Part shown: one piece after another, positions 26,238 to 37,691 of the stretch
Position numbering within the stretch: the first letter of the stretch is position 1
Layout of the letters: every line of letters starts with the position of its first letter
Assembly: GCA_040437565.1 (NCBI GenBank)
Contig: JBDOQK010000008.1
Location: 62,001 to 126,000, forward strand
Length of the DNA: 64,000 bases
Reading direction: 5' to 3'
Source of the DNA: Albugo candida
Taxonomy: Eukaryota
Notes under the pieces: model-generated
What the model was told of the DNA's origin: nothing
The model's database searches: none
Seen by the model: the letters and a program-made list of their open reading frames with translations, nothing else
Position numbers and translations under genes: made by a program

Positions 26238-26863
26238 ATGGAGTCTGTGCGTGCATTTGAATGCGTCGAGGCGAAGATCGACTCTTCTCTGGGTAGGATA
26301 TCGCTACCGCCATCATTTCAATCTCTTTACGGTTTATTTGTGAAGATGATTTGATCAAAAGCCGCAAAATGCAACTCACGAAAAAAACTCGCCAAATGAA
26401 ACGATCGACAAAGGTACAGCATGCAATTCTCAGTCAAAATCCACAAACTCACTCTCATATGCATCAGATCAAAAGAGTGAAAAAAATAACGCAATTGCGG
26501 GGCTCAAAAATCTCACAATCGCAACGAAACGTACGACATTTGTAATTCATAATTCCGTCACTTTTACCTCTGCTGTAGCCGATGCAAAAGTCCAAGTCCA
26601 CGCGATCTCTCATGCGCCCCAACACGTCGCAGATGTCTCCAAAGTCAAAGGCAGGTGCACGCAATGTTCGTGTGGGACGCCCTCTGAGGAAAATCGCACT
26701 GAGAAAGCCGCGAAAAAAACAAAGCAGCAAACTCTCTTTGATGAAAAGTAAAAAAGTGGGAAAGAAAAATGGCAAAAAAGTCATATTCCAAGTGCGGAAT
26801 GTGTGTCCAAATACAACGCGTTCCAAAAGAGGAAAAGCGATTCAAAGTGCGCACACGCGCTAA
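26238..26863 (+). CDS. Small basic protein with N-terminal UAP56-binding motif (UIF/FYTTD1-like mRNA export adaptor), four exons
   Basis: Splicing out intron 26293-26345 gives 'EAKIDSSLDDLIKSRK', matching the REF-N/UBM consensus KIDMSLDDIIK. Two more GT-AG introns join the K/R-rich ORFs. No RRM is visible. Confidence 0.65.
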
Positions 26864-26989
26864 GAGCGAATTCCGTCAGATTTTGAGCATAGGATGACGC
26901 AATGTAACGGAGAATGAATAGTCTCAAGCCATTCCAATGGATCTGCGAGCTCTGATTTCTCATTTCGATAGAAATATTGTGCTTTGCAA

Positions 26990-29900
26990 TTACGTCACGA
27001 GTTTGGCGAGGCTGTTGAGTGGATAGATCTTGATATCGGCGTCTCCGTCGACTTTGACGATACCATCAGCGCCGTCGGTCCCAATGAGCGATCCAGTTTG
27101 ACCGGCTTCTTCACCGCTGAGAATGATGACAGTGTCTTGCTTCTCGGGAAGCACAGGCTGAACACGTTCGACGCTATAAGTGTGCATATTCCCATCGATT
27201 TCAATGACCAAAGTGTCTGCATGCACACTTGCGATGACACCGATACTCACACTCGTTTCGCTGATAGCGACACTCACTTCGACGCCTTTCATCTTCCAAG
27301 TCACTTCATTACTTATCGGATTGAGAATATCGTGTGCTTCTCGCGTGTGTGGCTGAGGCACAGGCATTCCACCGACTCCATTGGCCATGAGACCGGAACT
27401 CACACCGGGTGTCGCGACCAAATCCGAGCTCGCGAGTCCATTCATCGGCGTACGATACAAGCCAGGGGTCGTGGGATTATGCTGATACCCAGGTGTCGCT
27501 AGACTTGGCGTTGTTGGATTCAATCCAATTCCAGGCGTAGCGACTCCAAATCCAGGCGTTCTAGGCTCACTTCCCATCATCTCACGACCATGGGCTGGTG
27601 TAGCTGAGAGATGCGCTGGAGTCGTTGGATGAAGTCCTGGAGTTGTTGGATTGAGTCCTGGTGTGGTGGGATGTGATCCCATCATAAACGCAGGTGTTCG
27701 TGGTAGTAAGCCTGGAGTTGTGGGATTCAATCCCGGCGTCGTTGGGTTCCCCGTCGGTGTGAATGGCGCAGATTCACGAGTCGGTGACTTGGTACCCATA
27801 GGCTGAATCGAATGATGACCAAATGAACGAGAGGCTAGTCCTTCGTGCATGGTGCCAACCGGTTCCAATGGTGCACCAAAGCTCGTGGCGTGTGTGATAT
27901 CTTCTTCATGATTCAGTTGTGTCTCCAACAACGCGTCATCATTCGCGATATTCCACGCATCACTTGCCCGAGCAGCTTGTGGAGTGCCGAGACTACGATG
28001 TAATGGAGTGGCCATCGGCGTCATCGCACTTCCATGAAGCGGTGTCTGAGAAGGCAGTGGTGTAGCTCCTGCCATTGGAGTGTCAATACGGCGAGGTTTG
28101 TCTTGCAATTGTCCCTGTCGAGTGCCGGCCAACACGACTTCCTGTCGATCGACGTCCACAGTGGTTGCTTTGCAATGAATTTCCACCTTCACTTTCTGCT
28201 CCGACTCATCGACAACGATACCAATGTATCCTTTCCATCGTCCTTTTTTCATCTTGACCGTCTTGCCGATCATTTCATGCTCTCGTGCATTCCTCCGATC
28301 ATTTCGTGGAGGTCTCGCGCCATTCATTCGCGGCAGTGTCGAGTTTTGAATCATATTGGAACGGGCTTTGCTTCCTGAAAGTATGACTTGATGTGCTCGA
28401 GCCACAAACATGCCAGCATTCGTCATGACGCGATTATTGTGAAGGAAAAGAAAACACCGATGTATATGTTTGACAGTTCCTGCATGGCCGGCATGATCCC
28501 CTTCCAAGACATTGACCATTTCACCCACACTGACGTAATTGTGCTTTTGATCCAATGCAGCTGCACGAGAAGAAGGAAGTTTGCGTTGTATCTCTTGATC
28601 AGAGACCTGGCACACTTGGTCGCCTTGTGTGAATACTTTGAACCCATCTCTGCCAACATGAGTCACTACGCCGACATCTCCTTGTGCCAGCTACATTACA
28701 GTGTCAGAAAGCCCGATACAACGCAATGGATCACTTACAGCAACGAGGTCGTACAACTCGATGCCTTTGAGTGAATCCAGTCCATGAGATATCTCTGCTG
28801 ATTCCTGCAAGTCTTGCACCCGAACTTGAATCTCTTTAGCCATACTATCGACCAACACAATTGCCACAGGTGCTCCATCACTGTCATCGACCGCGACAAC
28901 GGTTCCCGTCTCACCAGAATACATTCCAGAAACGACTTTGATATGATCGCCGACTTTGACGTATTTTATGAGCTGTCTGACTTGAAAGTCCAAAATGGTG
29001 TCTTTGATCTCCTCATGCAGCGGCATCACACGAACGATATCGTTGGCAGTGTTTGTGCTCACAACAATTCCCATAAGGTTGACGAGATCGCCTTCTACTA
29101 CGCGAACTGTATCGCCTTTTGCAAGCTCCACTTTATTTTTCCAATCTCCTGTTTCCATTGACGCTAAAAGCTCCTGATTTCCATCATCCTCACGTTCCGC
29201 GACGGCTGCAAACTTGTTGATTTCATCGAGACGAGGATTCACTTCATCTGTTTGCAGCATCATATTGATATTCACTTCCTTGACCAGAAACCCATCTTGA
29301 TAGTAATCATTGTAAAAAAAGTCCATCATTTCGCCTGTCGGAATACATCGACGTCAGTGTTCTGCATATTGTGAGAGGAATTGTACCTGTCGCTGGATAT
29401 CGCCGACGTACGATGTCTCCATGTACCATATTGCTATGAAGCAGTTTTTGTGGAGGTCGTTGTCCCTTTTTATACTTTTGAGCCTCTCCGCCCGAAAGAA
29501 CCGATGGATCGTGTCTTGGAACCATTTTGATAATGGCCTACGAAGCAGACGTGAGACCTCATCCCTCAGAAATCCTTTGATGTACCCGAGCTCCATTATC
29601 CACAATTTCCAGCACTTTACAGAGATCGCCTTTGAAGACACCCGCTCTTTTGATTCGAGCCCAAGCGCCCACCGCCAGCGGTTTTCGTTTCTTTTGCACA
29701 TTGAGGACAGAAGTCATTTCTTGAACTGGCACTAATTTCATTGTATGTTGTGAGATATCGCGTAAGCCATTGACCGCATCTTTCGCGTGTGGTTCTCTCT
29801 CTGCTTCCACATATATGAAGCCCTTAGAGCTTGAGGCGATGACAGATTTGATTGACAGCGGTTGGCCTTGCCTTGCGAGATCGAGGAATTTGTTCATCAG

Positions 29901-30489
29901 AGAGATGACGAGATGTTGCTCGCGACCGGGCTGCGTCATTAAATGTCATGACGCGATGAGGCTATTAATATGAAAAGCACAATACCTTGCATTTAAAGAC
30001 CCACATACGAGGATCTTGGATGGACGGAAGAAGCGATTGCTGTGCGACTTCGCTTTGCATTGCATCGACACCCTCATCGACCTCATCGTAGTGTTTTTGA
30101 CTTCGCTGGTGTCTCTTCTTGATACTGCTCACAATTGCCTCTGCACTTTGCTCATCATCTTCTTCGTAATCCATTCTCCGTCTCGGTTCGTACTGATATG
30201 ATTGATTGGCGACTTCTGCTTCTTCTGCAAGAGCACGTTCCGAACCATAGATATCGTCATCTACCATTTCATCTTCCTCCTCGTCTTCATCGACATCTGC
30301 TTCGTCCTCGATGAAATTGTAAATAGCCTTCTTTTTCTTCTTTGATTTTGACTTGATTTCTCGTCCTTTTCGTTTTTTTAAGTTTTTTTCTTCTTCTTCA
30401 TCGGCTTCTTCTTCTTCTTCTGGTATTTCATCCTCAGAGACGTCTTCATCCTCCGAGTAATTCGGCCGTTCTTCGTCGCTCGACGACAT
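26990..30489 (-). CDS. SPT5: Transcription elongation factor SPT5, multi-exon
   Basis: Acidic N-terminus, 'QQSLLPSIQDPRMW', NGN domain 'KGFIYVEAE', several KOW motifs, TP-rich C-terminal repeats and a C-terminal KOW pair. Confidence 0.95.
27445..27765 (-). repeat. SPT5 C-terminal repeat region, units of about (N/H)PTTPGL
   Basis: Translated 'NPTTPGLNPTTPGLLPRTP...HPTTPGLNPTTPGLHPTTPAH...NPTTPSL...NPTTPGLYRTP'. Confidence 0.85.
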
Positions 30490-30825
30490 GCTTTGAGGCG
30501 TTATGGACCGCACGCCGGTTTTTATATCCGTTATGTTTTGAAAGATTGCGGTTATTCATTCACATCTGTTAAGTGGTATTTACTCGATCGTGTGATTCGC
30601 ATGCGACCCGCTATACAGAACCAAAATGACCAAATTCTTACGTTTGACAGCGTTTTTTTCCAAGAAATCTCTCTATTAGCACGAGTTTTACATTTCATGA
30701 GCTTCAGCGAACACTCGTCTCTCTGTAAAACCTTTTTTATTGCGTTTTAACCATAAAATAATCCGAAAATGACATTCATTTCTCACAATTCCAACAGTAT
30801 GTATCAATAAAGTTTGGCTAAGGGA

Positions 30826-32458
30826 ATGCATGAAGCCTCAACTTTGGGAACTTTACGCCAATGTGCCGTCAAAACCGCACTTAACAAATTGCTTCCGTCG
30901 AGCGGCTTCGTACGCGACGCGCGAAATAGATCTTCCAACGCCGTACGATGTTCCATTTTGTATCGAGACAGCCACAATTTCTCATGCTTTCTGAGTAGCA
31001 ATGTGAATGGAAGAGGGATTCCACCGGCTATTCGAGCGTGTCTGCTTGGCGAAGGAACTCTTGTGCATCAATATATCGATAGTCTCAAGCTGATGATGTC
31101 GGAATCGAGATGGCTTGCCAGTGGTCCAAAAGCTGTGATGCACGTCACAAAGGGATGCAAGGTCGGAGAAGGAAGCCAGTCGTTTGACCATATTCAGTTC
31201 ATCAAAGGTCAATTGGATCGGACTCATGAACAACACGTGCGCCAATACTTTTGCCAATTGGATAAGTTCTAAACTTTCTGTTTTGTAGCTTTTGGGTGGA
31301 CATTTGGAAGGCGAAACAGCCATGTTTTCCGTATGGTCGTTAAAGCATCAGCAAATGCGTGCGTCAATTCTGCAAAATGGAGCGTCATGTTATCATTCGT
31401 GCAACGAAGCGTTGGCTGTCGGGTGTTTGGATGGTACCGTGAAAATCTGGGATTTCGCGACGATGGGCGGCTGGCGAGAAAGCACGATTCAAGAGCAGTG
31501 TTTACCGTCGCCGCTTACACCCACAAGCACCGTGTCGCATCGATCAAGCTTGGCTATTGTTCCATTCATTCGCGCTCGATCACGAGAAAAAGTAGTTCAA
31601 GTGTTTTTGGAAAGTGGAGGGTACTTGAATCTTGCAACTGCGACGGATAAAGGCGATGCACATGTTTGGGACGTCACCAAAGGCGAGATTCTTGCCTCTA
31701 TTCCTGCCGCTAGGATTCATAAATCAGCATTACAACGTGCTCGACGAGATGCCAATTCACACGCATATGTGACGACGTTGATGCTGTCCAGAAGCACATT
31801 GATATGCGGCACGTCGTGTGGCTTTATTCGGATATTTGATTTGCGAAGTGGGAAGCTTACACATCGACTCGCAGGACATCCCGGTATGTCTCCATTCATC
31901 TGATACCATTGGATCCTTACGGGTTTCTTTCTTATAATACAGATGCGGTGTCACAAATCGATTCCAGAGGTCGAGTGCTTTGGTCAGGTGGTAAAGACGG
32001 GTCTGTTCGATGGTGGGGCGGAAAGACTGCTAAAGTGTTGAAGAAGTCGCTTATTTGTGACGGCCATGTTTCGGTCTTGAAGATGGACGATGAAGTTGTG
32101 GTTGCAGGGTATAGTCGTCAAGGGATGGAAGCATGGGATGTTCGGACCCAACAACCGCTTTGTACTTTCAGTAATGCCGAGTTTGGAGGCGTACAAGCGC
32201 TCCAGTATGATAAACGAAAAATCGTTGCCGTTTCCACGACCGGAAAGGTAAGCTGGAATGTGAGTCGAAGAAATCGACATTTTGACAAGCCTTCACACTT
32301 GGTAGGCAGCATTGTGGAGATGGTATTCGCCACATCCATTTCTGTCATTCAGTCCTCCAGAACCGTCATCGGAATTCGCATCAATCTGCTACGATCCTCA
32401 CCAGTTGGTTCTAGGAACAAAATGTGGCAAGCTTGTACACTTTGCGACGTCCATATAG
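30826..32458 (+). CDS. WD40-repeat protein (F-box/WD-like propeller), multi-exon
   Basis: WD repeats 'LAVGCLDGTVKIWD', 'ATDKGDAHVWD', 'GTSCGFIRIFDLRSGKLTHRLAGH', 'WSGGKDGSVRWW', 'MEAWDVR'. The N-terminal exon is less certain. Confidence 0.7.
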
Positions 32459-32514
32459 CCTTGGACCTTGGTATCCAACGATGGATATAGAGATCAAAGA
32501 TCCAATTAGAGTGC

Positions 32515-33124
32515 TCAAAAGTTCTCATTGCAAAATGTCGATTTCTCCAAAGCCTCAAAGCCAATATGGAGTGTATATTTTCCATCTCGTCGTTTTCGAA
32601 GTTGTACGGGGAAACACTCTGCTGTCAGGTCGACTCCAATCATACATTTCCCTGTTTCCAACGCAAATGGCCAATGATGACGAGGACAGGAGATGCAGAG
32701 AACGCCATTGATTTCCTCAATATCACCCAAATGCAGTGGCGCTTTTTGATGAGGACACGCATTCCGTATACAGTATACTTTTCCGTCATATTTGATGATA
32801 CCGACTTGAACATCATTCACAGTCACACACTTACCTGTATAAACGTATATATGCAATGCATTAATAGTATCATAAAGTAAATATTTTGAAATATGACGAA
32901 CCGATGCGTTGAGATTGTGAAGTTGCTTTGATTCGCTTGGTGCCGGTGACGCCGAATTCGTATTGTGGCATGCAATGACTTGCTTCTGTTATATCTGTCA
33001 AATAGGCTCGTTTCGCTTAAATCGAGTGAATACACTGACTATTATGGAATTTACCTTGTACAGTCAGACCAGAATCAAACCATAATGTAGCTGCAGGCTC
33101 TGTTCCCTCGGGTTCATTGTTCAT
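32515..33124 (-). CDS. Soluble Rieske [2Fe-2S] domain protein (RFESD-like), three exons
   Basis: Ligand motifs 'NACPHQKAPL' and 'CPRHHWPFALETG', plus 'GDIEEINGVLCI'. ATG at 33124. Confidence 0.85.
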
Positions 33125-33271
33125 TCTTTGAGCGCATGCGGAATTGCTGATACATGCTCAGCCAATCAGCATACTCAACTGTTAGTGTTTTAACCAATCG
33201 CGCATATAATACAGGAACATAATCGCACTCTGATTGGCTGTATTCAATCAATCAAATACAAGAACATTTGC
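33125..33271. promoter_or_regulatory. 147-bp bidirectional promoter with three CCAAT boxes
   Basis: AGCCAATCAG (33160), AACCAATCG (33192) and inverted CTGATTGGCT (33230) lie between divergent ATGs. Confidence 0.65.
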
Positions 33272-34321
33272 ATGTCAGCTAAGGCAAAATCCGATTGGAG
33301 ATGGAATTTCTGGAACCCTGTAGATCGCGATTGGGACCGTACTTTACTCATACGAGCAAATGAGCAACTATGTAACTATACGCTACCTGAAAGCGCAATG
33401 CGAATCCCTTTTATCATTCATCAAATTTGGCTCGGTCCGCACCCGATTCCTGCGTTCTGTCTGCAACAAATGAAGACATGGCAGCAAATACATCCAAAAT
33501 GGGACTATGTGAGAATACACGCATGTTATTCCTCCGTCTGACCTCTGAATATGCATATTAGAAACTGTGGACGGACAATGAACTTTCAACGCTAAAGCTC
33601 CGAAATGAAGTGAGTCAATTTCTCCTATTCACACTGTACTGAATACATCTCAAATGCGAAGAATCGCTTCAATTTGGCAGCGAACTTTGGCGAGAAAAGT
33701 GATATCTTGCGATATGAAATCCTACTGCAATTTGGCGGGCTTTATGTGGATGTGGATTTCAAATGTCTTAAATCATTCGAAAGTTTGTGCAAAGTGAGAA
33801 GTATTCATTCACATTATCCATTCGTTGATCTCACTCGCGTTGAGACTTTCTCATTCGTCACAGGAATTTCAAACACGAGTGTCTTTGAATTGAACAATGG
33901 GCTTCTCGCATGCACACAGCATCACCCAATCATGAGAGAATTAGTCGACACTCTCGCAACACAAAACCCGGCGATGGCACTGACAGACGCGCGAATACTC
34001 GGCAATATCGCAGACTTCACGACAGGAAAGTTTTTTATGCGTCAATCCACTGAATTCATGCAGACAATCAGCCAAACTGGTCCGGGTTTTTTAACAAAAA
34101 CATTCATGCGAGCAATTGGATGGAAAAGCGGCAATAAAATCATTCCTGGGTTTCTTCCCCGTTCAGAATCAGACAATGTCATCGCATTACCATCCGAATA
34201 TTTCTATCCCATTCCAAACCATCTTTCTCATCAAAAGATGCTCGATTTCAAATTACCTGTAGAAGCTATGGCTGTGCACTACTGGTCAAGAACATGGCAG
34301 ACAAATAGCTTGAGAGGATAA
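33272..34321 (+). CDS. GT32-family glycosyltransferase (DXD; OCH1/SUR1-like), multi-exon
   Basis: 'IPFIIHQIWLG', 'HPKWDY/KLWTD', 'KSDILRYEILLQFGGLYVDVD', 'TGPGFLT', 'VHYWSRTW'. Confidence 0.88.
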
Positions 34322-34366
34322 ATGCCAACAATTTCAGCATTTTGATTCAAGTGAAAGTGAGGAAAA

Positions 34367-34846
34367 TCATGCAGAAGTCACACTCTCCCATGAATTTGAT
34401 TCGTACAGACCAATCATGACGCCATCTGGACTTCGAACTGCGGCAATCTGACACGAAATTACGTGAAGATAAAAGCAATGTCTACAGGCTTCATACCTTT
34501 CCATGCGCTGGGTACTTGATGGGTCCATCCAATGTCGCTCCCAGCGTCAAAAGACGTGGTATCAAGTCGTCCATATTCTCAATATTGAAATTCAGGAAAG
34601 GGGAGTATCCCGTGCTGCAAACAGCCTCACTGCAATCACATAATTCTCAGTTGACATAAGCGGATGATTAGTACCATTGAGACCTTACTTTTGCGCAGCT
34701 TTAATACAGAGCGGTATACCGGATTTTGTATCAAATTCCGCAAAGCTCTCGGTCGATTTGATCAGTGATAGCCTCAATCCAGACTGAAAGAATTCCGTCG
34801 ATCGCGTGAGATCGCGGCTTAGAATCAATAGCTGTCGTAACTGCAT
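34367..34846 (-). CDS. VOC/glyoxalase-bleomycin-resistance family protein, three exons
   Basis: Spliced product 'MQLRQLLILSRDLTRSTEFFQSGL...CSTGYSPFLNFNIENMDDLIPRLLTLGATLDGPIKYPAHGKIAAVRSPDGVMIGLYE'. Confidence 0.8.
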
Positions 34847-34919
34847 CACCGTGTAGCCCGTATCATATGATACATTGTCAGTACACATATCCTCTATCCT
34901 TTGATCCGAATACACCTTA

Positions 34920-35159
34920 ATGATGTACGAATGCGACGGCATTTCCATCTGTTATGGATGCCCTTGCGGTGAGATGGTCCCGCTTCCATTGCTTTTCTAC
35001 AGCACACTATGCCATAAACTTGTCTGTAGAAAGCCTTGCTGCAGCGTACAGGAGTTTGAAGCTTATTATTGCGCCAATTTACTGATAAATTTCCCATCTA
35101 AAGAAGCCAATATGTATCAGAATCGATCGAGTCGGAGCTTCGCGTGCGCAACTTGTACC
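34920..35159 (+). CDS. DCTN4: Dynactin p62 subunit, 5' fragment truncated by gap
   Basis: 'YGCPCG...LFYSTLCHKLVC...CSVQEFEAYYCANLLINFPSKEANMYQNRSSRSFACATC' matches the Cys-rich N-terminus of p62. Confidence 0.75.
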
Positions 35160-35259
35160 NNNNNNNNNNNNNNNNNNNNNNNNNNNNNNNNNNNNNNNNN
35201 NNNNNNNNNNNNNNNNNNNNNNNNNNNNNNNNNNNNNNNNNNNNNNNNNNNNNNNNNNN

Positions 35260-36843
35260 TGACACGAGCGATTTCTTGCTGAAGAGATCTAAATTGAGGA
35301 CACTGGAGGCTACGAGCGAGCTTTAGACGTCATCATATGACACGATCGTCTCCACCTCTGAAGGATCGGTTGTAATAGCTTGGGAGGAGATTTCAACGTG
35401 CGATATTTCTCTTCGATGCAAAAAGCGATCGCTGGGAGACATTCCAATATTCGCTTTAATTCAATAATGTTGATTATCGCCATGCGAGAAACGCGAGGAG
35501 TAATGGCTTTTGGAATAAAGACAAGTTGTCCCTGACGTTGACGATAAAGAATATCAGTATTCACAAGCCAGTATTCCGTGCATACAAGAAGACGATCCAG
35601 ATGCGTGAAGTTGCAGAGTTGATCCATCACATCAAAAAACCATCCAGGATGCTCCAGGAATAATGTCACGACTTCTTGTCGAGAAATACTATCGGACGGA
35701 TAGCATCAATGCGAGTCGTATTTGTTCATCCACATTCCCTTACATCGTATTCAAATGACATGGAGGCTGTAGGATCTACAAAATGCTTGAAAAATGACTG
35801 ATTCTGTATAATGGGATATGCTGACCGTCGATCTCAAAAGCCGATTCCCAGCAGTGGTTTTGGTGTTGTTCAGTATTCCTAATAGCGACTACGATCTCTT
35901 GTGTAGAGATACAAAGAGGATCCGATGGAATTGTACTGACTTGCTTCTTGGAGTTGCCGCGAGTGCACTCTAATAGCTCCAGGGATTTTATGGTGGAATA
36001 GTCCATCAATAGCCTATTCAATGCGGCATTCACAACAACCTATTCGAGGATTAGTCTTTGCATATGTGATTTCGTATTCCATACTTTGATCGATCGTTCT
36101 GCGAGATAGACCCCCTGTACAAACTCAATGTATCGAAATAAGCACGCAACAGCTGCCATCAAAACGTAATCCTTTGCATGAGACAGATTTGAGCCTTGTA
36201 AATGTCACTCATTCCATCGAATAACGCACCCGCGTGATGTTGAGATCACTACAATGTGTCATAACTCGCTTCAAATCTTCTCCTCCCTTTGTCTGACTGG
36301 TTGTATTGTATGCACGATGAGTTTTGGATCTTTTCGACCGATCACTTACTCGAAATATTTCCGTGCGAGCGGAATTATTTTGCACATTGTGTTTGCCAAA
36401 CGATTTGCAATTTCTCCATTCACTCGTTGCTTTTGTAGTGTTTCCACAACAAGGATTTCTTTCGGCTACAAGTTCCCCACATATTAGCAAAAGATCTCTC
36501 CTCGAATCCCCATACTTGCAATGCCTCCAGCAGCGAAATGCTTTCCACATAATGAGCCGAATCGATGATGTTCCATAATAAAAGCTCATGAGGTGACGAT
36601 AGATCGATCATCGCGATCCCTAACGCTCTAAAAGTAATTCTTTTTGCCCATGAGTATCTGGAACGTACCTAATTCTCTGGATCGATTTTCGGAGATGGCT
36701 GCAATGAGAACTGTGTCATTGGCATTTTCGGTATTAATCTCAAGTGCTGTCTTGCAGGTTTTCTTCATCCCACTGGCGGAATTGGGTGATTTGACGTCGC
36801 TTTTTTGCGGACATATTTCCATTTGGTGGGTTTCTCGCTGCAT
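35260..36843 (-). CDS. MSH4: Meiotic MutS homolog 4, 5' part truncated by gap, multi-exon
   Basis: 'AISENRSREL/GIAMIDLSSPHELLLWNIIDSAHYVESISLL', 'DYVLMAAVACLFRYIEFVQGVYLAERSIK', 'MDYSTIKSLELL', 'SLLGILNNTKTTAGNRLLRST', 'RQEVVTLFLE...LDRLL'. Confidence 0.82.
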
Positions 36844-37081
36844 TGTGCAACTTCAAGTCTTTGGTTGATTTTGTTATTTACGATAGTAGAGCGTGTAATT
36901 GTGTTATTTATATGAGATTGTTCGCTCGATCTGTTTGACAACAAGTTCAAATGTGTAAACGGAAAAACAAAGAACCAAAAGAACAGTACTTACTGTCGAC
37001 ATTTACGAATATCTTGCGTAAAGGCTTCGCGTTCTCAGCATTCGCTTACATTATATCTCAGCCTGTGAGTAGACGCTGGAG

Positions 37082-37257
37082 TTTGTGCATTGAGCTGAGT
37101 GCTAGTGCTTCCTGTATTCCGAACTGAAATGGATAATCTGATCGATATGTAAATCACAATACTTATGATCACAGATTTGTGTGAATTAACATGCTGATCA
37201 GAATATCCATTTCAGTGCTGAATACGCACGGATCATGTGCTCAAGCAATGCAACAGA
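37082..37257 (+). ncRNA. Long imperfect fold-back, candidate microRNA/hairpin-RNA precursor
   Basis: Perfect 13-bp stem 37123-37135/37204-37216 followed by 7 bp 37137-37143/37196-37202. The stem extends both ways with several G:U pairs that form only on the + strand. It is intergenic. Confidence 0.5.
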
Positions 37258-37691
37258 ATGAGAGCATGTGCCGCCTTTCAATCGCAAGATTATTGACGTG
37301 TATGCTTCAACAAATCGTTTACTACTTTTCCATTTACCCTTTGCTGCGATAGAAAGCCTAATTCGATTATCAAAAAGGGTAGTACTATAACACTTTGGCC
37401 AAACCGGCTACTTGCATCCATCCGCATAGCTAAGAAACTTCGTTCGTCATACGACAGCGATGCTTGGGCCGTAGTAATTGCCTCAAATCACCGCACCCAG
37501 TCCCGCGAATCTGCATCAACTATTTTGCAATACCTATCATTTACGATTATATCGTTATTCTCTCTCTCAGATGAATCGGAAATAACTGTCCGATACGAAC
37601 AGCGACTAAAAATATGTTTTCGCATCTCATAACACATTTTCCACCCTCTTGCCAGCTACTTTTTACACATTCGATCGTAATCAGTAAATCG

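Noticed and set aside
27445-27765. Periodic repeats resembling an array
   Set aside because: They are the coding SPT5 C-terminal repeats, not CRISPR or satellite DNA.
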